A stretch of DNA of 64,000 nt. Origin: Auanema rhodensis (Eukaryota; Animalia; Nematoda). Under the pieces are notes generated by a model. It had not been told where the DNA came from. It ran no database searches and saw only the letters and a list, made by a program, of their open reading frames with translations. Positions 53,678 through 64,000 of this stretch are shown here, piece by piece. Numbering within the stretch: the first letter of the stretch is position 1; each line of letters starts with the position of its first letter. Location of the stretch: NCBI GenBank assembly GCA_964057225.1, contig OZ059896.1:22878001-22942000 (forward strand). Direction: 5' to 3'. Position numbers and translations under genes: made by a program.

Positions 53678-56600
53678 AGATTCCCCATGTCCATATTAGT
53701 CTAAAAACAAATTTTTATTAATATTGGTTCATGGTAACCATGTCTTTGAAATTTACGTGAACTTTAATTTATGCTAATTGAATGTACACGTGATGTGCAC
53801 TTGGTATGTAACTCGCTTCACGTGAAAGATAAAGAGATGCGGTTTTCAAAATTAGATTCCCCATGTCCATATTAGTCTAAAAACAAATTTTTATTGATAT
53901 TGGTTCATGGTAACCATGACTTTGAAATTTACGTGAACTTTAATTTATGCTAATTAAATGTACACGTGATGTGCTCTTGGTATGTAACTCGCTTCACGTG
54001 AAAGATAAAGAGATGCGGTTTTCAAAATTGGATTCCCCATGTCCATATTAGTCTAAAAACAAATTTTTATTAATATTGGTTCATGGTAACCATGTCTTTG
54101 AAATTTACGTGAACTTTAATTTATGCTAATTAAATGTACACGTGATGTGCACTTGGTATGTAACTCGCTTCACGTGAAAGATAAAGAGATGCTGTTTTCA
54201 AAATTAGATTCCTCATGCCCATATTAGTCTAAAAACAAATTTTTATTGATATTGGTTCATGGTAACCATGACTTTGAAATTTACGTGAACTTTAATTTAT
54301 GCTAATTAAATGTACACGTGATGTGCACTTGGTATGTAACTCGCTTCACGTGAAAGATAAAGAGATGCGGTTTTCAAAATTAGATTCCCCATGTCCATAT
54401 TAGTCTAAAAACAAATTTTTATTGATATTGGTTCATGGTAACCATGACTTTGAAATTTACGTGAACTTTAATTTATGCTAATTAAATGTACACGTGATGT
54501 GCACTTGGTATGTAACTCGCTTCACTTGAAAGATAAAGAGATGCGGTTTTCAAAATTAGATTCCCCATGTCCATATTAGTATAAAAATAAATTTTTATTA
54601 ATATTGGTTCATGGTAACCATGTCTTTGAAATTTACGTGAACTTTAATTTATGCTAATTAAATGTACACGTGATGTGCACTTGGTATGTAACTCGCTTCA
54701 CGTGAAAGATAAAGAGATGCGGTTTTCAAAATTAGATTCCCCATGTCCATATTAGTCTAAAAACAAATTTTTATTGATATTGGTTCATGGTAACCATGAC
54801 TTTGAAATTTACGTGAACTTTAATTTATGCTAATTAAATGTACACGTGATGTGCACTTGGTATGTAACTCGCTTCACGTGAAAGATAAAGAGATGCGGTT
54901 TTCAAAATTAGATTCCCCATGTCCATATTAGTCTAAAAACAAATTTTTATTGATATTGGTTCATGGTAACCATGACTTTGAAATTTACGTGAACTTTAAT
55001 TTATGCTAATTAAATGTACACGTGATGTGCACTTGGTATGTAACTCGCTTCACGTGAAAGATAAAGAGATGCGGTTTTCAAAATTAGATTCCCCATGTCC
55101 ATATTAGTCTAAAAACAAATTTTCATTAATATTGGTTTATGGTAACCATGTCTTTGAAATTTACGTGAACTTTAATTTATGCTAATTAAATGTACACGTG
55201 ATGTGCACTTGGTATGTAACTCGCTTCACGTGAAAGATAAAGAGATGCGGTTTTCAAAATTAGATTCCCCATGTCCATATTAGTCTAAAAACAAATTTTT
55301 ATTGATATTGGTTCATGGTAACCATGACTTTGAAATTTACGTGAACTTTAATTTATGCTAATTAAATGTACACGTGATGTGCACTTGGTATGTAACTCGC
55401 TTCACGTGAAAGATAAAGAGATGCGGTTTTCAAAATTAGATTCCCCATGTCCATATTAGTCTAAAAACAAATTTTTATTAATATTGGTTCATGGTAACCA
55501 TGTCTTTGAAATTTACGTGAAATTTAATTTATGCTAATTAAATGTACACGTGATGTGCACTTGGTATGTAACTCGCTTCACGTGAAAGATAAAGAGATGC
55601 GGTTTTCAAAATTAGATTCCCCATGTCCATATTAGTCTAAAAACAAATTTTTATTAATATTGGTTCATGGTAACCATGTCTTTGAAATTTACGTGAACTT
55701 TAATTTATGCTAATTAAATGTACACGTGATGTGCACTTGGTATGTAACTCGCTTCACGTGAAAGATAAAGAGATGCGGTTTTCAAAATTAGATTCCCCAT
55801 GTCCATATTAGTCTAAAAACAAATTTTTATTAATATTGGTTCATGGTAACCATGTCTTTGAAATTTACGTGAACTTTAATTTATGCTAATTGAATGTACA
55901 CGTGATGTGCACTTGGTATGTAACTCGCTTCACGTGAAAGATAAAGAGATGCGGTTTTCAAAATTAGATTCCCCATGTCCATATTAGTCTAAAAACAAAT
56001 TTTTATTGATATTGGTTCATGGTAACCATGACTTTGAAATTTACGTGAACTTTAATTTATGCTAATTAAATGTACACGTGATGTGCTCTTGGTATGTAAC
56101 TCGCTTCACGTGAAAGATAAAGAGATGCGGTTTTCAAAATTAGATTCCCCATGTCCATATTAGTCTAAAAACAAATTTTTATTGATATTGGTTCATGGTA
56201 ACCATGACTTTGAAATTTACGTGAACTTTAATTTATGCTAATTAAATGTACACGTGATGTGCTCTTGGTATGTAACTCGCTTCACTTGAAAGATAAAGAG
56301 ATGCGGTTTTCAAAATTAGATTCCCCATGTCCATATTAGTCTAAAAACAAATTTTTATTGATATTGGTTCATGGTAACCATGACTTTGAAATTTACGTGA
56401 ACTTTAATTTATGCTAATTAAATGTACACGTGATGTGCTCTTGGTATGTAACTCGCTTCACGTGAAAGATAAAGAGATGCGGTTTTCAAAATTAGATTCC
56501 CCATGTCCATATTAGTCTAAAAACAAATTTTTATTAATATTGGTTCATGGTAACCATGTCTTTGAAATTTACGTGAACTTTAATTTATGCTAATTAAATG

Positions 56601-59600
56601 TACACGTGATGTGCACTTGGTATGTAACTCGCTTCACGTGAAAGATAAAGAGATGCGGTTTTCAAAATTAGATTCCCCATGTCCATATTAGTATAAAAAC
56701 AAATTTTTATTAATATTGGTTCATGGTAACCATGACTTTGAAATTTACGTGAACTTTAATTTATGCTAATTAAATGTACACGTGATGTGCTCTTGGTATG
56801 TAACTCGCTTCACGTGAAAGATAAAGAGATGCGGTTTTCAAAATTATATTCCCCATGCCCATATTAGTCTAAAAACAAATTTTTATTGATATTGCTTCAT
56901 GGTAACCATGACTTTGAAATTTACGTGAACTTTAATTTATGCTAATTAAATGTACACGTGATGTGCACTTGGTATGTAACTCGCTTCACGTGAAAGATAA
57001 AGAGATGCGGTTTTCAAAATTAGATTCCCCATGTCCATATTAGTCTAAAAACAAATTTTTATTAATATTGGTTCATGGTAACCATGTCTTTGAAATTTAC
57101 GTGAACTTTAATTTATGCTAATTAAATGTACACGTGATGTGCACTTGGTATGTAACTCGCTTCACGTGAAAGATAAAGAGATGCGGTTTTCAAAATTAGA
57201 TTCCCCATGTCCATATTAGTCTAAAAACAAATTTTTATTAATATTGGTTCATGGTAACCATGTCTTTGAAATTTACGTGAACTTTAATTTATGCTAATTA
57301 AATGTACACGTGATGTGCTCTTGGTATGTAACTCGCTTCACGTGAAAGATAAAGAGATGCGGTTTTCAAAATTAGATTCCCCATGTCCATATTAGTCTAA
57401 AAACAAATTTTTATTAATATTGGTTCATGGTAACCATGTCTTTGAAATTTACGTGAACTTTAATTTATGCTAATTAAATGTACACGTGATGTGCACTTGG
57501 TATGTAACTCGCTTCACGTGAAAGATAAAGAGATGCGGTTTTCAAAATTAGATTCCCCATGTCCATATTAGTCTAAAAACAAATTTTTATTGATATTGGT
57601 TCATGGTAACCATGACTTTGAAATTTACGTGAACTTTAATTTATGCTAATTAAATGTACACGTGATGTGCTCTTGGTATGTAACTCGCTTCACGTGAAAG
57701 ATAAAGAGATGCGGTTTTCAAAATTAGATTCCCCATGTCCATATTAGTAGAAAAACAAATTTTTATTAATATTGGTTCATGGTAACCATGTCTTTGAAAT
57801 TTACGTGTACTTTAATTTATGCTAATTAAATGTACACGTGATGTGCACTTGGTATGTAACTCGCTTCACGTGAAAGATAAAGAGATGCGGTTTTCAAAAT
57901 TAGATTCCCCATGTCCATATTAGTCTAAAAACAAATTTTTATTGATATTGGTTCATGGTAACCATGACTTTGAAATTTACGTGAACTTTAATTTATGCTA
58001 ATTAAATGTACACGTGATGTGCACTTGGTATGTAACTCGCTTCACGTGAAAGATAAAGAGATGCGGTTTTCAAAATTAGATTCCCCATGTCCATATTAGT
58101 CTAAAAACAAATTTTTATTGATATTGGTTCATGGTAACCATGACTTTGAAATTTACGTGAACTTTAATTTATGCTAATTAAATGTACACGTGATGTGCAC
58201 TTGGTATGTAACTCGCTTCACGTGAAAGATAAAGAGATGCGGTTTTCAAAATTAGATTCCCCATGTCCATATTAGTCTAAAAACAAATTTTTATTAATAT
58301 TGGTTCATGGTAACCATGTCTTTGAAATTTACGTGAACTTTAATTTATGCTAATTAAATGTACACGTGATGTGCACTTGGTATGTAACTCGCTTCACGTG
58401 AAAGATAAAAAGATGCGGTTTTCAAAATTAGATTCCCCATGTCCATATTAGTATAAAAACAAATTTTTATTAATATTGGTTCATGGTAACCATGTCTTTG
58501 AAATTTACGTGAACTTTAATTTATGCTAATTAAATGTACACTTGATGTGCACTTGGTATGTAACTCGCTTCACGTGAAAGATAAAGAGATGCGGTTTTCA
58601 AAATTAGATTCCCCATGTCCATATTAGTCTAAAAACAAATTTTTATTGATATTGGTTCATGGTAACCATGACTTTGAAATTTACGTGAACTTTAATTTAT
58701 GCTAATTAAATGTACACGTGATGTGCACTTGGTATGTAACTCGCTTCACGTGAAAGATAAAGAGATGCGGTTTTCAAAATTAGATTCCCCATGTCCATAT
58801 TAGTCTAAAAACAAATTTTTATTGATATTGGTTCATGGTAACCATGACTTTGAAATTTACGTGAACTTTAATTTATGCTAATTAAATGTACACGTGATGT
58901 GCACTTGGTATGTAACTCGCTTCACGTGAAAGATAAAGAGATGCGGTTTTCAAAATTAGATTCCCCATGTCCATATTAGTCTAAAAACAAATTTTTATTA
59001 ATATTGGTTCATGGTAACCATGTCTTTGAAATTTACGTGAACTTTAATTTATGCTAATTAAATGTACACGTGATGTGCACTTGGTATGTAACTCGCTTCA
59101 CGTGAAAGATAAAGAGATGCGGTTTTCAAAATTAGATTCCCCATGTCCATATTAGTCTAAAAACAAATTTTCATTAATATTGGTTTATGGTAACCATGTC
59201 TTTGAAATTTACGTGAACTTTAATTTATGCTAATTAAATGTACACGTGATGTGCACTTGGTATGTAACTCGCTTCACGTGAAAGATAAAGAGATGCGGTT
59301 TTCAAAATTAGATTCCCCATGTCCATATTAGTCTAAAAACAAATTTTCATTAATATTGGTTTATGGTAACCATGTCTTTGAAATTTACGTGAACTTTAAT
59401 TTATGCTAATTAAATGTACACGTGATGTGCACTTGGTATGTAACTCGCTTCACGTGAAAGATAAAGAGATGCGGTTTTCAAAATTAGATTCCCCATGTCC
59501 ATATTAGTCTAAAAACAAATTTTTATTAATATTGGTTCATGGTAACCATGTCTTTGAAATTTACGTGAACTTTAATTTATGCTAATTAAATGTACACGTG

Positions 59601-61421
59601 ATGTGCACTTGGTATGTAACTCGCTTCACGTGAAAGATAAAGAGATGCGGTTTTCAAAATTAGATTCCCCATGTCCATATTAGTCTAAAAACAAATTTTT
59701 ATTAATATTGGTTCATGGTAACCATGTCTTTGAAATTTACGTGAAATTTAATTTATGCTAATTAAATGTACACGTGATGTGCACTTGGTATGTAACTCGC
59801 TTCACGTGAAAGATAAAGAGATGCGGTTTTCTAAATTAGATTCCCCATGTCCATATTAGTCTAAAAACAAATTTTTATTAATATTGGTTCATGGTAACCA
59901 TGTCTTTGAAATTTACGTGAACTTTAATTTATGCTAATTAAATGTACACGTGATGTGCACTTGGTATGTAACTCGCTTCACGTGAAAGATAAAGAGATGC
60001 GGTTTTCAAAATTAGATTCCCCATGTCCATATTAGTCTAAAAACAAATTTTTATTAATATTGGTTCATGGTAACCATGTCTTTGAAATTTACGTGAACTT
60101 TAATTTATGCTAATTGAATGTACACGTGATGTGCACTTGGTATGTAACTCGCTTCACGTGAAAGATAAAGAGATGCGGTTTTCAAAATTAGATTCCCCAT
60201 GTCCATATTAGTCTAAAAACAAATTTTTATTGATATTGGTTCATGGTAACCATGACTTTGAAATTTACGTGAACTTTAATTTATGCTAATTAAATGTACA
60301 CGTGATGTGCTCTTGGTATGTAACTCGCTTCACGTGAAAGATAAAGAGATGCGGTTTTCAAAATTAGATTCCCCATGTCCATATTAGTCTAAAAACAAAT
60401 TTTTATTGATATTGGTTCATGGTAACCATGACTTTGAAATTTACGTGAACTTTAATTTATGCTAATTAAATGTACACGTGATGTGCTCTTGGTATGTAAC
60501 TCGCTTCACTTGAAAGATAAAGAGATGCGGTTTTCAAAATTAGATTCCCCATGTCCATATTAGTCTAAAAACAAATTTTTATTGATATTGGTTCATGGTA
60601 ACCATGACTTTGAAATTTACGTGAACTTTAATTTATGCTAATTAAATGTACACGTGATGTGCTCTTGGTATGTAACTCGCTTCACGTGAAAGATAAAGAG
60701 ATGCGGTTTTCAAAATTAGATTCCCCATGTCCATATTAGTCTAAAAACAAATTTTTATTAATATTGGTTCATGGTAACCATGTCTTTGAAATTTACGTGA
60801 ACTTTAATTTATGCTAATTAAATGTACACGTGATGTGCACTTGGTATGTAACTCGCTTCACGTGAAAGATAAAGAGATGCGGTTTTCAAAATTAGATTCC
60901 CCATGCCCATATTAGTCTAAAAACAAATTTTTATTGATATTGCTTCATGGTAACCATGACTTTGAAATTTACGTGAACTTTAATTTATGCTAATTAAATG
61001 TACACGTGATGTGCACTTGGTATGTAACTCGCTTCACGTGAAAGATAAAGAGATGCGGTTTTCAAAATTAGATTCCCCATGTCCATATTAGTCTAAAAAC
61101 AAATTTTTTTTAATATTGGTTCATGGTAACCATGTCTTTGAAATTTACGTGAACTTTAATTTATGCTAATTAAATGTACACGTGATGTGCACTTGGTATG
61201 TAACTCGCTTCACGTGAAAGATAAAGAGATGCGGTTTTCAAAATTAGATTCCCCATGTCCATATTAGTCTAAAAACAAATTTTTATTAATATTGGTTCAT
61301 GGTAACCATGTCTTTGAAATTTACGTGAACTTTAATTTATGCTAATTAAATGTACACGTGATGTGCTCTTGGTATGTAACTCGCTTCACGTGAAAGATAA
61401 AGAGATGCGGTTTTCAAAATT

Positions 61422-63015
61422 AGATTCCCCATGTCCATATTAGTCTAAAAACAAATTTTTATTAATATTGGTTCATGGTAACCATGTCTTTGAAATTTAC
61501 GTGAACTTTAATTTATGCTAATTAAATGTACACGTGATGTGCACTTGGTATGTAACTCGCTTCACGTGAAAGATAAAAAGATGCGGTTTTCAAAAAATTA
61601 AATTCCCCATGTCCATATTAGTATAAAAACAAATTTTTATTAATATTGGTTCATGGTAACCATGTCTTTGAAATTTACGTGAACTTTAATTTATGCTAAT
61701 TAAATGTACACGTGATGTGCACTTGGTATGTAACTCGCTTCACGTGAAAGATAAAAAGATGCGGTTTTCAAAAAATTAGATTCCCCATGTCCATATTAGT
61801 ATAAAAACAAATTTTTATTAATATTGGTTCATGGTAACCATGTCTTTGAAATTTACGTGAACTTTAATTTATGCTAATTAAATGTACACGTGATGTGCAC
61901 TTGGTATGTAACTCGCTTCACGTGAAAGATAAAGAGATGCGGTTTTCAAAATTAGATTCCCCATGTCCATATTAGTCTAAAAACAAATTTTTATTAATAT
62001 TGGTTCATGGTAACCATGTCTTTGAAATTTACGTGAACTTTAATTTATGCTAATTAAATGTACACGTGATGTGCACTTGGTATGTAACTCGCTTCACGTG
62101 AAAGATAAAGAGATGCGGTTTTCAAAATTAGATTCCCCATGTCCATATTAGTCTAAAAACAAATTTTTATTAATATTGGTTCATGGTAACCATGTCTTTG
62201 AAATTTACGTGAACTTTAATTTATGCTAATTAAATGTACACGTGATGTGCACTTGGTATGTAACTCGCTTCACGTGAAAGATAAAAAGATGCGGTTTTCA
62301 AAAAATTAGATTCCCCATGTCCATATTAGTATAAAAACAAATTTTTATTAATATTGGTTCATGGTAACCATGTCTTTGAAATTTACGTGAACTTTAATTT
62401 ATGCTAATTAAATGTACACGTGATGTGCACTTGGTATGTAACTCGCTTCACGTGAAAGATAAAGAGATGCGGTTTTCAAAATTAGATTCCCCATGTCCAT
62501 ATTAGTCTAAAAACAAATTTTTATTAATATTGGTTCATGGTAACCATGTCTTTGAAATTTACGTGAACTTTAATTTATGCTAATTAAATGTACACGTGAT
62601 GTGCTCTTGGTATGTAACTCGCTTCACGTGAAAGATAAAGAGATGCGGTTTTCAAAATTAGATTCCCCATGTCCATATTAGTCTAAAAACAAATTTTTAT
62701 TAATATTGGTTCATGGTAACCATGTCTTTGAAATTTACGTGAACTTTAATTTATGCTAATTAAATGTACACGTGATGTGCACTTGGTATGTAACTCGCTT
62801 CACGTGAAAGATAAAAAGATGCGGTTTTCAAAAAATTAGATTCCCCATGTCCATATTAGTATAAAAACAAATTTTTATTAATATTGGTTCATGGTAACCA
62901 TGTCTTTGAAATTTACGTGAACTTTAATTTATGCTAATTAAATGTACACGTGATGTGCACTTGGTATGTAACTCGCTTCACGTGAAAGATAAAAAGATGC
63001 GGTTTTCAAAAAATT
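61422..63015. repeat. Cluster of five 178-bp monomers (TTTTCAAAAAATT, +AA)
   Basis: Monomers starting at 61422, 61600, 62130, 62660 and 62838 are each 178 bp. The insertion was not seen elsewhere in the window. Confidence 0.9.
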
Positions 63016-64000
63016 AGATTCCCCATGTCCATATTAGTATAAAAACAAATTTTTATTAATATTGGTTCATGGTAACCATGTCTTTGAAATTTACGTGAAC
63101 TTTAATTTATGCTAATTAAATGTACACGTGATGTGCACTTGGTATGTAACTCGCTTCACGTGAAAGATAAAGAGATGCGGTTTTCAAAATTAGATTCCCC
63201 ATGTCCATATTAGTCTAAAAACAAATTTTTATTAATATTGGTTCATGGTAACCATGTCTTTGAAATTTACGTGAACTTTAATTTATGCTAATTAAATGTA
63301 CACGTGATGTGCACTTGGTATGTAACTCGCTTCACGTGAAAGATAAAGAGATGCGGTTTTCAAAATTAGATTCCCCATGTCCATATTAGTCTAAAAACAA
63401 ATTTTTAATGATATTGGTTCATGGTAACCATGACTTTGAAATTTACGTGAACTTTAATTTATGCTAATTAAATGTACACGTGATGTGCACTTGGTATGTA
63501 ACTCGCTTCACGTGAAAGATAAAGAGATGCGGTTTTCAAAATTAGATTCCCCATGTCCATACTAGTATAAAAACAAATTTTTATTAATATTGGTTCATGG
63601 TAACCATGTCTTTGAAATTTACGTGAACTTTAATTTATGTTAATTAAATGTACACGTGATGTGCACTTGGTATGTAACTCGCTTCACGTGAAAGATAAAG
63701 AGATGCGGTTTTCAAAATTAGATTCCCCATGTCCATATTAGTCTAAAAACAAATTTTTAATGATATTGGTTCATGGTAACAATGACTTTGAAATTTACGT
63801 GAACTTTAATTTATGCTAATTAAATGTACACGTGATGTGCACTTGGTATGTAACTCGCTTCACGTGAAAGATAAAGAGATGCGGTTTTCAAAATTAGATT
63901 CCCCATGTCCATATTAGTCTAAAAACAAATTTTTATTAATATTGGTTCATGGTAACCATGTCTTTGAAATTTACGTGAACTTTAATTTATGCTAATTAAA

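Larger units (their letters stand above)
1..64000. repeat. Satellite DNA tandem array, 176-bp monomer, 364 complete copies plus a partial copy; candidate centromeric/pericentromeric satellite; runs off both window ends
   Basis: AGATTCCCCATG recurs at 1, 177 (as the AGATTCCTCATG variant), 353, 529 and onward to 63896, always in the same orientation with no intervening unique sequence. Monomers differ from consensus by only a few substitutions or small indels. The satellite call is direct; the centromeric role is inferred from unit size, AT richness and homogeneity only. Confidence 0.98.
45583..64000. repeat. Variant domain B': domain-B variants again, no 5-bp deletions
   Basis: 88 consecutive exact 176-bp monomers span 45934-61421. 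It shares GTGCTCTTGG, CATGCCCAT, CATACTAGTATA, TTTAATGATATT, GTACACTTGA and GATATTGCTT with domain B. Confidence 0.8.

Noticed and set aside
1-64000. CRISPR array (palindromic repeats at regular spacing)
   Set aside because: The sequence between palindromes is the same in every unit, so there are no unique spacers. There is no leader or cas gene.
1-64000. Pure assembly artefact or rolling-circle concatemer of one unit
   Set aside because: Variants recur in ordered, nested haplotypes at offsets consistent with whole monomer counts, which random error would not produce. Individual duplicated blocks could still be misassembled.

Overview
The whole window is one uninterrupted, head-to-tail, single-orientation satellite DNA array with a 176-bp monomer (about 32% GC by my count of the consensus). 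It holds 364 complete monomers (1-63895) plus a 105-bp partial copy. The count closes arithmetically: 364x176 = 64064, minus 33 five-bp deletions, minus 14 one-bp deletions, plus 5 two-bp insertions = 63895. Consensus, in the arbitrary phase set by the window start: AGATTCCCCATGTCCATATTAGTCTAAAAACAAATTTTTATTRATATTGGTTCATGGTAACCATGWCTTTGAAATTTACGTGAACTTTAATTTATGCTAATTAAATGTACACGTGATGTGCACTTGGTATGTAACTCGCTTCACGTGAAAGATAAAGAGATGCGGTTTTCAAAATT. I found no genes, RNA genes, transposons, inversions or CRISPR spacers. The nucleosome-sized unit, AT richness and very high homogeneity are typical of a eukaryotic centromeric or pericentromeric satellite. That role is inference, and I cannot name the organism or family. 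The interest lies at two scales. Within the monomer: three ACGTGA boxes (two are CACGTG E/G-boxes) arranged symmetrically 32-33 bp apart, several dyads, and two linked allele types. Across the array: alternating variant domains A-B-A'-B' with colinear copies 18-26 kb apart, nested local duplications of 2 to 18 monomers, one mappable crossover breakpoint, and a 178-bp variant that appears newly arisen. All variant positions were read by eye and should be confirmed computationally. I found no evidence of a novel protein-coding system.
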